64,000 nucleotides of DNA from contig OX597824.1 of NCBI GenBank assembly GCA_951406725.2, positions 62,310,001 to 62,374,000 on the forward strand. Reading direction: 5' to 3'. Positions 1-12,718 of the stretch are shown in pieces; positions within the stretch are counted from its first letter, which is position 1; the number at the start of each line of letters is the position of its first letter. This DNA comes from Octopus vulgaris. Its lineage: Eukaryota. The notes below the pieces were generated by a model. It searched no databases and had not been told where the DNA came from. It saw only the letters and a program-made list of their open reading frames with translations. The translations under genes were made by a program, and so were the position numbers.

Positions 1-227
1 CTAATTCCTCTAGCACTAATTTTGCTTCTGGTTTTGGTCACCTCTGTCCCAACACTGCCTTAGTTCAGCTAACGTAACATATTTCATAATATTCGTATTA
101 TTTTATCCATACCCGCAATTTTTGACATACACATACAGAATCTTCATCAGTCCCGTCTCTATACGAATGTATGGTGTGATGTTATAGTGACTGGTAATTA
201 GGTCTTATCATGTAAATATTCATATCA

Positions 228-290
228 GTGTGTGTGTGTGGTGAGGGCGTGTGTGCTCGCATGATTGTTTACACACACACACATACACAT

Positions 291-325
<35 letters not shown>

Positions 326-440
326 CACATAGATACATATATATATATATAAATATATACAGATAGATGGATAGATATGCGTATATATATATAAATACAT
401 ATATATATATACATATGTATATATACACATATATATATAA

Positions 441-477
<37 letters not shown>

Positions 478-540
478 TATATATATATAAATATACATAT
501 TTATATATATATAGATATATATATATATATATGTATATAT
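228..540. repeat. Compound (TG)/(CA)/(TA)n microsatellite
   Basis: Direct dinucleotide repeats; overlapping IY/YI-rich ORFs are artefacts. Confidence 0.95.
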
Positions 541-2768
541 ATAATAAATATTAGGGAATAAATCCAAATTTACAGGGAAAAAATCAGATTTAGGATTAAA
601 TCCAATTTTATAGTAAAATATTATATAATATTATTAGAGACAAAACCACTATTTTGCAAAACAAACAAGGAAAGACTTAATCAATACATAAAATTTTAAT
701 AAAAAGTCAAAAAAACCGCCACTACAATTGTTTCTTGTCCTGATCGACAATCTTCAGGTGGACTTCCAATCTAAAATATCAATATTTTAAAATATAAAAA
801 TAATAATTTTAAAATAATTAAAGTATTAATGAAAAAATATAAATATATAATCTATATATAACCTATATATAATCCATATATAATCAATATATAAACAATA
901 TATAAACTAAAATAAACCTATCAACAATTAAATATAAAATATAAAACAAAACAAAAAATAAACTATATATACACCCATACACATATAACTAATTATATAT
1001 AACCATATCTAAATACATACACTAAATCACACACCTATATATATATCCCTATACATACACATAAAAACGTCTAGGCAACGATAAATAAATAAAATAGCCA
1101 AATACTTCAACACAATACTTATTCATACTCCCTCACACACACATATACAACCCACATTCCCGCTCTAGAAACGAACATCATTTAAAATTATGAATGGAGA
1201 AATGGAATAAATGGAATTAAAAATTATATTAACTTGGTAAAACGAACATTACTTAAAAATTATGAATGAAATAATGTAATAAAATAACATACATCGTAAA
1301 TAGACATAAATTACTACGAATTCTTTAATAAAACTACCATGATAAACTAAAACTCATAAAAACATATAATGATAAAATCTCCCTTTACTAAACTCTATAA
1401 CATACCTATATAGCAATCCCCCTAACCTAAACATTCACACACAAATACACACACGTAAACCACACACCCACGACATATACAAATACCCACCTCACTCACA
1501 CATACCTATACATACATATAAACCTCAATATATACTCCAAAAACCCACTCAACACCACACAGATAAATAAACACATACATCCCCAAACCTATATAGCAAA
1601 CCCATAAACACATTCACACACAAATATACATACGTAAAACACACACCATATACATATACATACTCACTAAACTCGATATATACAACAATATTAACACACC
1701 CACACTCATACAGATAAATAAATTATACAACTAAAATACGCACACACTCACACACAATTCCACATACATAAACACTCCAAAGAAAAACAACATTATTACA
1801 CATAATACGATATATAAAATACATCGTAAGTAACCAGAATATCAAAAATAACAATATGACATAAGGAGGAATAATATACATACTTTCAAGTCAGTTTCAA
1901 ATTATGAAGTGAAATTAAATTCTAAGCCGTTAAAAACATCTAACCAAAATTACGTTACCATAGGAACATAACTTATGTATAAAAAGAATACGCGCTATGG
2001 AAGCAAACGTCATTTAAAATTATGAATGGAGAAATAGAATAAATGGAATTAAAAATTATATTCACGCGGTAAACTAACATTATTTAAAAAAATTATGAAT
2101 GGATTCTTTAATAAAACTACCATGATAAATTAAAACTCATAAAAACATAAATGATAAAACATCCCTTTACTAAACCCTATAACATACTTATATAACAATC
2201 CCTTTAACCTATACATTCACACACAAATACACACACGTAAACCACACACCCATAACAAATACAAATACCCACCTCATTCACACATACCTATAAGTACATA
2301 TAAGCCTCAACATATACACCAAACAAAATTACGTTACCAAGGAACCTAACATATGTATAAAAAGTATTCCCGCTCTGGAAACGAACATCTTTTAAAATTA
2401 TGAATGGAGAAATGGAATAAATGGAATTAAAAACAATATTCACGTGGTAAAACGAACATTACTTAAAAATTATGAATGAAAAATGTAATAAAATAACAAA
2501 CATCGTAAATAGACAATAATAATAAATATTAGGAAATAAATCCAAATTTACAGGGAAAAAATCAGATTTAGGATTAAATCCAATTTTATAGTAAAATATT
2601 ATATAATATTATTAGAGACAAAACCACTATTTTGCAAAACAAACAAGGAAAGACTTAATCAATACATAAAATTTTAATAAAAAGTCAAAAAATTTATTAA
2701 AATTTTATGTATTGATTAAGTCTTTCCTTGTTTGTTTTGCAAAATAGTGGTTTTGTCTCTAATAATAT

Positions 2769-2771
<3 letters not shown>
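541..2771 (-). mobile_element. Non-autonomous Penelope-like element (partial tandem terminal repeat plus inverted end)
   Basis: 541-712 recurs directly at 2519-2692, followed by an inverted copy (about 2693-2771, reverse complement of about 2604-2681). Flanked by (TA)n, HHR at 719-761, internal ~100 bp subrepeats at about 1159, 1992 and 2369, no ORF. Confidence 0.7.
719..761 (-). ncRNA. Minimal type I hammerhead ribozyme
   Basis: Minus strand reads ccac-CTGAAGA-ttgtc-gatcag-gacaa-GAAAC-aatt-GTA-gtgg. Core intact, stems I and II pair perfectly, stem III loop palindromic. Confidence 0.9.
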
Positions 2772-2816
<45 letters not shown>

Positions 2817-2946
2817 TTCAGCAAAAATTTTGATTCAGATTGAAATGGTACTTAATTTGAGTCACCAGAATTTAGTACGGAATTATCCATACATTCAATG
2901 TAATGCGATTAAAATCAAAATAAGCAACAAGAATATCCAGAGGTAA

Positions 2947-3033
2947 TGCAGTACGATCCTTTCATGCAACTCCATTTATTTGAACAATGCAATCATTACA
3001 TCAATTTTAAATGCAGAGCAATCATCAGCTGCA
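2947..3033 (-). ncRNA. Type I hammerhead ribozyme, degenerate stem III
   Basis: Minus strand reads tgcag-CTGATGA-ttgc...gcat-GAAA-g-gatc-GTA-ctgca. 5-bp stem I and long stem II; G instead of C after GAAA. Confidence 0.7.
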
Positions 3034-3426
3034 CAAAGACATAGAAATCAATTCAATTAAAACAGATGGACACATTAGTAAAATTATACCTACCATCTCC
3101 AAGAAGTGAAGGAGATAGACAAAGAACATGCTGCCTTCACTCCAGTATATATCCCCTTCAACCTTACAAGAAGGACTTGCAAATAGTAAAATATTTTTTA
3201 TCCTAGCAATTTATCTCTTTTAACTCTCAGTTTGATGAGGAATACGAAACCGGTCCTTATTACAATTATAAAAAATAACAAAACTTTATTTTGTTGGAAA
3301 CGGTATAGTATATTTATTATCATGGCTCTAATATACTCTTCAATCCTGTAAAGCAAATCTGTGTTTTTTAAAATTTATTCTTATTTTCTATATATACCCA
3401 CCACGTGTGCTTCCCCACTAAAAATG

Positions 3427-3461
<35 letters not shown>

Positions 3462-3465
<4 letters not shown>

Positions 3466-3511
3466 AAAATTATTAATACAAGTAATATTACTTGTATTAA
3501 TAATTTTTACT
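3462..3511. repeat. Perfect 50-bp palindrome
   Basis: agtaaaaattattaatacaagtaat is followed immediately by its reverse complement; lies next to (TA)n. Confidence 0.9.
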
Positions 3512-3626
3512 GTATCCCAGTTCTTTCGCTAGGTCACTTAGTGTTTTAAGTTGATGTTATTAATTAATATTCAATTTTTTTCACCCTTATTGTGATATAT
3601 ATATATATATCTTTGTGCGCGTGTGC

Positions 3627-3776
3627 GGGCGCAGGGGTTGCTGTTTGGTGAGAAACATGCTTTCCAACCGCATGGTTGGGGTTTCACACCGACTGCGTAG
3701 CATTTGGGACGATGGTCATCTACTGTATCGTTGGGCTGACGAAAGCCTTGTGATTTGATTAAATAGACGAAAACGT

Positions 3777-3780
<4 letters not shown>
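3627..3780 (+). mobile_element. tRNA-derived SINE (family S1), degenerate 5' part
   Basis: Aligns by eye with copies at 9543, 14469 and 40882(-); remnants of A/B boxes. Confidence 0.7.
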
Positions 3781-3815
<35 letters not shown>

Positions 3816-4311
3816 TTGAGTGATGTTTCTCTGTCCGTTATGTTTTTATGTTCATTAACTTCTCCGAGCTCGTTGGCGCAAGGACAACGAAACTCAGACT
3901 AGCAACTCCCCTAATACCAAGGAATGTTCTAAGCAATGCAGGTCTATTTTTTAAGGGCCACCTAATTTGGGCCCTCAGAGACCCCCCTATTATCACTGCA
4001 TTTTAAAGTAAATACATGGCATTGGCGACCAAATCCGAGTAATGATGAAGAATTTCATACCATGATATCATAGATAGTATCTTAAGGAGGTTCAATTTCT
4101 GAAGGGCCGCTTAAATGGGTCCCCACTGACCCCACCTATTATTACTGCATTCACTTCGCTGCTACACTTATTGATGAAGCTATGATCACCATCAATGATT
4201 AACACATTTGCAGAAATAAGCTTAATTACAAAAGGGTAGAGGGTTACAAGGCGGTCCGATAATGGGGCCGCAGGCCTCAAAGATGCCCTCTGCCTGAACT
4301 AGCTTTTAGGC

Positions 4312-4349
<38 letters not shown>

Positions 4350-4402
4350 GCAGTTAATCTTACAACCTCTTTTGTATCTACCCCTTTTGATGTCTGATAT
4401 TT

Positions 4403-4490
4403 TTTCGGCTGACGAGTACGAGCCATCTGTATTCACTGCATTTTTTGTAGCTTATTAAAGATGTCCTCGTACGAAACGATCGTACCGAGA
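4403..4490 (+). ncRNA. Type I hammerhead ribozyme, intact
   Basis: tttcgg-CTGACGA-gtacgag-(43 nt loop)-ctcgtac-GAAAC-gatc-GTA-ccgaga. Canonical core, 7-bp stem II, palindromic ACGATCGT stem III. Lies in a ~300 bp unit (about 4346-4640) between two (TA)n tracts. Confidence 0.92.
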
Positions 4491-4699
4491 TTTTAATCCA
4501 TTCTTGTTGCTTTTTTCCTATTTGTAATCACCCCACTTGTCGTATGGTTAACACCATATAGATTTCCGGTGCATCCTAGTTAAGGACCATATTCATGTGA
4601 ATTCTTTAGAATTCACTAGAATCTCAATTACTTAACCGAATATATATATATATATATATATAATGGCAAGGGTAAGTTTTTGTGGTGTATAATGCCCGG

Positions 4700-6377
4700 G
4701 AATTTTATTTTTAGGAATAATATGAATACGGACCGCATAATATATCCAAATATACCATCAGCAATAAGGCCTGTTCCACACTCAGATGATATTCCTTTAC
4801 CTGTGCGAAGTGAGACGGGAAATTTCATCCGAGTTTGATACTAGTTATAATAATGCGATGGAAGTGGAATATAAACCACCAACAAATGACGATCCCCAAC
4901 TCTTCAACGAAGTAGACTTGGTGAGAGACCTTAGCCATCCAAACAAAAGTGCACAGTAGCTGTGTTCCTAGACGGAAGAACACAGGCTTCTAGCACCTTG
5001 AACATCATTCACTTGGTACCATGATCGTGAAGCGGTATTTCACTCAGTTCTTTGAGAAACGGGATTCTTTAGTTTTCTGTTCAAATATTTGTGGCCTTAT
5101 TGAACACATGGGGATGTAGTACAAAGCAGATGAATGGAGCCTCTTAGTTGATTCTTCTAACAAAATTTTAAATACTGTTATAGAAGTGCAACACCGCGGC
5201 ATATGTGGCAATTGACTATAGGGTTCAAATATCAGAAACGTATGAGAATATGAAGACACTAATAACTGCCATCAAGTAGTGTAATCATAGTTTTCTTATT
5301 TGTGGTGGTTTGAAAGTTATTGCTCTCCTATTAGATCTTCCAGTGGGAATGCTACAAGTATCCTTATTTACTTTTTCGTTGAGGTAGTAGAGCAGAAACT
5401 CAGCACTATAAAAAAAAAGACTGACGACTAAACACAAGCCTCTTACCAGGAAATCACAACGTGAAAGCCTTGCTACAAGTTGACCCCAAGAAAAGTCTGC
5501 TACCATCATTCCATATCTAATTAGGGCCTATGAAAAATTTTGTGAAGGCTCTGAACAAGAATGGGGCTGCTTTCAAATACTTGGAGTCAATGATACTTTC
5601 TCAAATCGAAGGCAAGCTAAAGGCAGGAATCTTTGTTGGCCCCCAGATTTGAAAGTTAATGGACATGCATTTTGAGGATTCATTAGCAGGCCTCGAGTGA
5701 ATGTCTGGTTTTCCTTCAAGCAGAATGTCCAAACGTCTTGGAAAACAGCTGCTCCCCAGAATACGAAAAGTTATCCAAGACCTGATCTCATGTTTGCAAC
5801 AGCTTGGGTTTAGAATGAATGTCAAGATATACTTTTCCACGCACATCTTCACTATTTTTCCAAAATTTTTCAGGATTACAGTGGGAAACAACGAGAGCGA
5901 TTCTATCAGCATATCTACACCATAGGAACTCGATACTAGGGCAAATGGAATTTCAGTGGATTACTTCTGGTAACTGAAACGTGATATTCCAGATGCACTA
6001 CACAAGCGGAATTCAAAGCCGTCCTCCTTCCTTTGAATCAATATGTAGAATAACCATTTGGAGGATTTTTTTTACAATTATTTGATTTGATGTTGATGAT
6101 TTAAGATTCATTTCGGGATGAACATAATTAATTTCTTGTTTGTGTGGAATATATGTGTTCTTAAAACTAACAGAATATTCTTTTCAATGATCACTTGCTT
6201 CATTTTAATAAAGTAACCATTTATAAAACAATCACATTTCCTATTATCATTAATTTGTATTTAATGAAAATATTTATGTGATAGAGCAAAATGGTTTAGA
6301 TATTTAAAATCAGCGACTCAAGAATTATTCCCATCGATGAATACAAAAATGAAAGAATTATCAAATGCAAACCAGTG
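4700..6377 (+). mobile_element. Decayed DNA transposon, CMC/Chapaev3-like
   Basis: Broken transposase peptides VRDLS..., EWSLLVDSSNK, ICGGLKVIALLL, FVKALNKNG, KLKAGIFVGPQI; ends ...CCAGTG followed by TAA at 6378-6380. Superfamily assignment is from recalled motifs. Confidence 0.6.
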
Positions 6378-6711
6378 TAATATCTCGTTAATGATCCGGC
6401 TCCTAGAAATTTAGGCAATTAATGTTTCTCGTTTTGAAACCACTAAACAGCGACTGTATTGCTCACCAAATGCGTTACAATTACTAATATATATGGAAGG
6501 CATTAAATATGATAACTTCCAACGACCAAATTTAAGAAGTACAATGCTGTTACACTTTTTATTTCGAGAGAATTGAAGAAACACTCCTCTAAAACTGCTC
6601 TACCAGAATTATTAACTGTATTAAAGGGAAGAGAAGCGGAAACGTTCACAATGTTTTCTTCAGTTTAATATACACCGCTGCCTAGAGTTGCCTAAAATAT
6701 GTTACGCAATA

Positions 6712-7005
<294 letters not shown>

Positions 7006-7472
7006 ACATGGGTGGCTTAATAGCAATTTAACAACCTGAAGGCAAATTCATAGACGTCACTAAAGTGAGATAAGGTACAGAGTGATAACAGCATTGCTAG
7101 AAATAAGAGTCAGAACGACATATTAGCCACCAGAACTCTATCATAATAAGCTGACAAAGGAGACAAGGCTCTCTACGGTCGTAGATATAGTAATTTCACG
7201 TGATTTCGAATTTTGATGCAGAACATCTTACTATGCATAGGGTTAATCTCAACTCACCTCGTCAACTTATAACAAAAATCGTTTAAAATATGTGCTGATT
7301 TCTAAAACGGTAGAAGTGAAAATTATAAGTATGGGTGGGTTATTAGCAATTTAACAACCGACGTTTTGACTCTTATTTGTAGCAAAGCTGGTACCACTTT
7401 GCACCCTCTGTCACTTTAATGACGTCTATAAATTTGCTTTTAGGTTGTTAAATTGACAATGAGTCACTCATA
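7006..7472. mobile_element. Old fold-back element with Penelope-like architecture
   Basis: About 7008-7037 recurs at about 7331-7360, then 7361-7472 is a diverged reverse complement of about 7006-7120. Confidence 0.55.
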
Positions 7473-7489
7473 TTTATTCTTTTAATATT

Positions 7490-7671
7490 TTAATTGTTTC
7501 AGTAATTTTGACTGCGGCCATGCTGGAGCACTGACTTCAGTCGAATAAATCAACCCCAGGACTTATTGTTTGTAAGCCTAGTACTTATTCTATCGGTCTT
7601 TTTTGTTGGGCCGCTAAGTTACGGGGATCAACATCGTTTGTCAAGTGATGGTGGGGGAGAAACACAGACAC

Positions 7672-7675
<4 letters not shown>
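7490..7675 (-). mobile_element. SINE S1 3' half
   Basis: Reverse-complement similarity to 14820-15000; same orientation as 40575-40690. Confidence 0.65.
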
Positions 7676-7758
<83 letters not shown>

Positions 7759-7800
7759 ACACTAGCCACTACACATTCTTTATTTTCTCTCCTTGTTTCG

Positions 7801-7887
<87 letters not shown>

Positions 7888-7889
7888 AT

Positions 7890-8657
7890 AATCATATCAA
7901 AGGGAAATGGAATTTAATTAAAATTAAAATATTCAATCAAAATTTACATTTCCAGTGGTCTAACGTGCAAAAAAATTAGTCTAGAAGACTATATATTAGT
8001 CATACGATATAGTGCATATTTATACACATAAGGGATCCATTTTACGTGAAATTCAACACATTAGAAAGAACAGCTAGGCTCTGTAAACCACAAAAATAAC
8101 GGATAAAATTCGATAGGAATAAATTGGGAAATGAAAAACAGTTACCATCTAGTACCCTGGACCAATTGGTTTCTGATTTTCTTTTAGCGAGTCAGGGGGA
8201 ACTCACAAGGTCTGATCTTCTTCAGCAAGGTCCAACCTAGGGTTAAGCATATTCAACAGGAGACAAACAAGGCTACTTCTCTCGTGTTCATACGAACTAA
8301 CTTTTCAAATATTTCTGCGCAATCCCAGTCCAATCACTGGCTACAATAAAAACCGCCAACTTTTAACCGAAAATTATCCAAAAAAACAAAAAATATTTAA
8401 TCATATCAAAGGGAAATGAAATTTAATTAAAATTAGAATATTCAATCAAAATTTACATTTCCAGTGGTCTAACATGCAAAAAAAATTAGTCAAGAAGACT
8501 ATATGTTAGTCATACGATATAGTGCATATTTATACACATAAGGAATCCACTGTCGAATTTCTGTGGTTTACAGAACCTAGCTGTTCTTTCTAATGTGTTG
8601 AATTTCACGTAAAGTGGATTCCTTATGTGTATAAATATGCTCTATATCGTATGACTA
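7890..8657 (-). mobile_element. ~509-bp HHR-containing unit in partial tandem with inverted end (Penelope pseudo-LTR/retrozyme-like)
   Basis: 7890-8040 recurs at 8399-8550 (offset 509); about 8555-8657 is an inverted copy of about 7997-8095. Homologous to 40940-41340. Confidence 0.75.
8154..8231 (-). ncRNA. Type I hammerhead ribozyme
   Basis: Minus strand reads accttg-CTGAAGA-agat...atca-GAAAC-caattg-GTC-cagggt. Palindromic ACCAATTGGT stem III; mismatch at the first stem II pair. Confidence 0.75.
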
Positions 8658-8814
8658 TTTATGTATATATATATATATTAATATATAAACGAACTCAAGT
8701 AATTGGCTTATTATAGCGATTAGAACCTAAAGACACAGTTAATAGAGATCACAAAAGTAGTTAAATCAACTCAAAAGCCAGAAAAGCACTGAACTTAGTG
8801 ATTGACAAAGGAGA

Positions 8815-8854
<40 letters not shown>

Positions 8855-8864
8855 ATCCATCCAC

Positions 8865-8913
<49 letters not shown>

Positions 8914-9042
8914 TAAAAAGAATTCCAACCTTGTCTGATTTTCACGTTTTATTTACAATCTTATAATGATATATTATAAGATAATATATTATAATTGAGT
9001 AAAATAAAATGAAATAGTAGAATGTTAAATATTCATTCTGAT

Positions 9043-9087
9043 TGAACTAGTACTTTCATGCATTGAATTCTGCAATCTTCGGGTTCA
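9043..9087 (-). ncRNA. Hammerhead-like motif (U4C core variant), mirror copy
   Basis: Reverse complement of 9165-9209. Confidence 0.6.
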
Positions 9088-9164
9088 TGTAGTAGTGTTG
9101 ACAGTCATGCTTCACAATTTTTGACAGTCAAAAATTGTGAAGCATGACTGTCAACACTACTACA

Positions 9165-9209
9165 TGAACCCGAAGATTGCAGAATTCAATGCATGAAAGT
9201 ACTAGTTCA
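9165..9209 (+). ncRNA. Hammerhead-like motif (U4C core variant)
   Basis: tgaac-CCGAAGA-ttgca-gaattcaa-tgcat-GAAA-gtac-TA-gttca. 5-bp stem I and palindromic AGTACT stem III; core reads CCGA rather than CUGA. Confidence 0.6.
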
Positions 9210-9371
9210 ATCAGAATGAATATTTAACATTCTACTATTTCATTTTATTTTACTCAATTATAATATATTATCTTATAATATATCATTATAAGATTGTAAA
9301 TAAAACGTGAAAATCAGACAAGGTTGGAATTCTTTTATTAATATATTCTTCTATACACAATCACACACACC

Positions 9372-9454
<83 letters not shown>

Positions 9455-9465
9455 ATTTGTATGTG

Positions 9466-9539
<74 letters not shown>

Positions 9540-9542
9540 TAT

Positions 9543-9651
9543 AGGTGCAGGCGTGACTGTGCGATAAGAAGCTTGCTTCCCTATCACACGGTCCCGGGTA
9601 CAATCATACTGCGTGCCACCTTGGCCATGTGTCGGGCCGACAAAAGCCTTG

Positions 9652-9652
<1 letters not shown>
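9543..9652 (+). mobile_element. SINE S1 5' part, internally deleted
   Basis: aggtgcaggcgtgactgtgcgataagaagcttgcttcc... matches the 14469 copy. Confidence 0.7.
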
Positions 9653-9685
<33 letters not shown>

Positions 9686-10388
9686 TGTATGTATGTATGC
9701 ACGTATATATGTATGTATTACATACATTCTGGATGTGTAGGAACCCTGTGTTATTAAACATTCACTGTAGAATATATTGCAAATTTAATATATTTCATAC
9801 AAAATGTACGTTAGTAAACTGAACTGACTTCACCTTCCTAAGATTTATAGGCTGTCACTTATACCTTTCCAATCTAAAGCGTACGCTGTTGATATATTTC
9901 GCCTAGATCCAAGGCCAATATTTTTGAACACTCGTTTAATTGATTAAATGTCCACTACTATTGATGTGATTTTGTTATTGTTACAGTTGGCAGCATTAAG
10001 AGAGATGGTTACTCAGTGAACTTAGCGTATTCATGCCATTTTAGTCCATTTTTATTTTGCCAACCTTTATTTCTGTGTGAAATTTTATATTGAATAAATT
10101 CAATGATGCGTTCTTTGTTCTTCTTTTCACGACTTCATTTTATTATTAGCTTTTAGTTCAAAGTATTTTTGAAACAGCCAATATGAGGACGTAGAATTGA
10201 AAAAAAAATGTTATGAAGTATTTAACCATAGCACAAGTGTAGCACTTCCTTAAACAGTTTTTAAAATTTGTATTTCAATTTTTAAACTTTCTTTTTTTGA
10301 TTTACCTTCTTCAAGATGTATTCATTGGCAAACATCAAGGAAACAACATCATTATGTATGATTTCATCCCTCAGCGCCTCGTAATATC

Positions 10389-11064
10389 ATGGAAAAATTG
10401 TTGGCCGGTTTGGTCAAGTTGCAAAAACAACAATGACAATTACTATTACAGCAACAAATTCTGCAATTAATCAACAGTAAGTCGTCCAAAAATGCTGAAA
10501 CGATATTCTCGCCAGATTTTCTTGGAAACTCAATAATGGATTTTAAGTATGGACCAGACGAAGGAGTTACATTCGAAGCGTACTATGGAAGATACTAACA
10601 GATCTTCAATAACGAGTGCAAAGATTGGGACGATGATATGAAAACATATCTAATCCTAAGAAAACTGACGCCAGGAGAACATGAGATTTACAGCAATTAC
10701 GTACTCCAGAAAAACGTTCTGTCGTGAAATTTATAATTGCAATAGACATAATGTGTAAAATTGTTAAAGAGAAAGCTCGTTGTTTAATACACGCTGGAAT
10801 TGTTTGAACCTAAAAAAGAACAACGAGGAGGACTACATCACGTATGCTAATAAAGTTAACAGAAAATGCGAAAAGTTCAAACTGGATGAGTTAATGCCAG
10901 ACATGCTCAAGTGCCTGATATTTACTCAGGGACTAACTGCAGAAAAAGAAGTAGACGTAAGAAGGAGAGTTCTCGCTAAGCTGGAATATCACGAAACTGT
11001 AACCTTACAAGTGTCAGAAAAGTGTGGAAGAATAGTAAATCTAAATACGACACAGAGAAAATAG
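10389..11064 (+). pseudogene. Ty3/Gypsy LTR-retrotransposon gag-region relic
   Basis: Peptides FKYGPDEGVTFEAYYGRY and FNTRWNCLNLKK...YANKVNRKCEKF...LKCLIFTQGL resemble the N-terminus of invertebrate Gypsy polyproteins; interrupted by stops and frameshifts. Confidence 0.65.
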
Positions 11065-11732
11065 TGGGCGCCAAACGAAAAATATATAAAATTTCTAACG
11101 GTATGGAAAAACTCGAAAAGGGAGGTGGGGGTGATATAAAAATTATTGTTAATGAAAAAAAAAGAAATTACATACCCTGAGAAAAAACTTTTAAAGGGTA
11201 GATGTTATGGGGATAATAGTAATAATAGTGAAACACCTCTCCCATTTGACGTGTGGTATGTATGGTCGTTACAAATACTGCGACGTAGGAAGTCGAATGG
11301 CCGAGAAGTCGGCGAAATCGGTGATAGTCGTGTCTTTTATTTGTCTAAATAACTATACTGCTGCTATAACGGATTGGACGTTATAACAGTCCGATGTCAG
11401 ATTACAACTAAAACGCCAAAGAAAATGCATAAATGCGTGATATGTTCCCTTACGGCATGGTTTTAACTACATCTTCGACGGTAATTTCTATCTTTGCAAA
11501 ATATGTGCATGCTAGTACATCATATTTCCCCGACCTGAAGAAAATTCTATCAGGGCACTACATACAAGGTCATTCGCTGTTAATTTGATATGAGATCACC
11601 ATGTCGCGTTCCCATGATTATGATGCATGTGCCGGTAGTGTCCTTATGAAACGAATAATCATGATGGGTATATTGGGATTCGTTTATTTACACTCCAGTG
11701 TCAGTTTGACGGCATGCACTGCTCTCTCAGTC

Positions 11733-11819
11733 ATAATAATAATAACAACAACAACAACAACAACAATAATAATGATGATGATGATGATAATAATAATGAT
11801 GATAATAATAATAATAATG

Positions 11820-11886
<67 letters not shown>

Positions 11887-12122
11887 CAATCATTTCTACT
11901 GAAGGCAGAAGGTCTGAAATTTTGAGGGAGAGGACTATTCGAAGTCATCGACACCAGTGTTTCACTGATACTTAATTTATGGGTCTCGAAAAGATAAAAG
12001 GCAAAGTCAACCTTGGCAGCATTCGAATACATAATGTAGAGACGGGCGAAAGACCGCAAAGCATTTTGCCTGGTACAGTAACGAATCTGGTTGCTCACTA
12101 CCATGATGATGATGATGATAAT

Positions 12123-12158
<36 letters not shown>

Positions 12159-12173
12159 AACAATAATAATAAT

Positions 12174-12256
<83 letters not shown>

Positions 12257-12285
12257 TAAAGAAAATAAAAAATGATAATGATAAT
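11733..12285. repeat. (AAT)/(AAC)/(GAT)n trinucleotide tracts flanking a SINE
   Basis: Tracts at 11733-11890 and 12103-12285. Confidence 0.9.
11893..12090 (-). mobile_element. SINE family S2, degenerate
   Basis: Reverse-complement similarity to 35508-35720 (e.g. aaaggcaaagtcaaccttggc). Confidence 0.65.
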
Positions 12286-12672
12286 GTTCATTGACACATA
12301 TAATATCCTTTGCAATTTTTTGTGAGATGTTTTGTACAACTTTTTTGGGGGTGGGGGATCAAATGAAATTGCGTAATTATTTTATCAAAAGCAAATGGAG
12401 ACTAGTTTTTCACAGCTGATGGCGTTCTGATGTGTATTGGGCGAAGTTATAGTAGAAGCCTGGAAGGAATAGATTGCTAAAAATACATACATCTCGATTA
12501 TTTTTTTTATGTATTTGATGTATATTATATCGATTTGTTGAACAATAAAGCAATTGATTACGAGCTATCGCCAGTACCATCATTGTTGCAATGCGAATAC
12601 TGAATCGACCCAGTTTGTCAAAAAAGAAACCTTTGTCTCTTCAATTTGTCAGCTATAATGAAATGATTTCTG

Positions 12673-12718
<46 letters not shown>

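Larger units (their letters stand above)
8908..9343. repeat. ~430-bp near-perfect palindrome centred at 9126
   Basis: Arms are reverse complements apart from about two single-base homopolymer indels; 1-nt spacer (ttgac-a-gtcaa). Confidence 0.95.

Noticed and set aside
70-160. Minus-strand CTGATGA...GAAA hammerhead candidate
   Set aside because: Stem I (gacggga) finds no partner after the putative cleavage site, and stem II/III pairing is poor.
220-567. IY/YI, HT/VC and poly-N/poly-I ORFs here and throughout the track
   Set aside because: They are translations of di- and trinucleotide microsatellites, not genes.
3225-3262. TTGATGA-g-gaata-c-GAAAC-cg-GTC hammerhead-like string
   Set aside because: Core starts with U, stem II is only 1 bp and no stem I can form; at best a deleted relic.
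3970-4152. Imperfect ~35-bp direct repeat (cccc.cctattat.actgcatt)
   Set aside because: Only two copies with no termini or TSD identified; not a CRISPR array and not classifiable.
9735-10190. Possible LTR and PBS upstream of the Gypsy gag relic
   Set aside because: No second LTR and no clear TGG-starting PBS.
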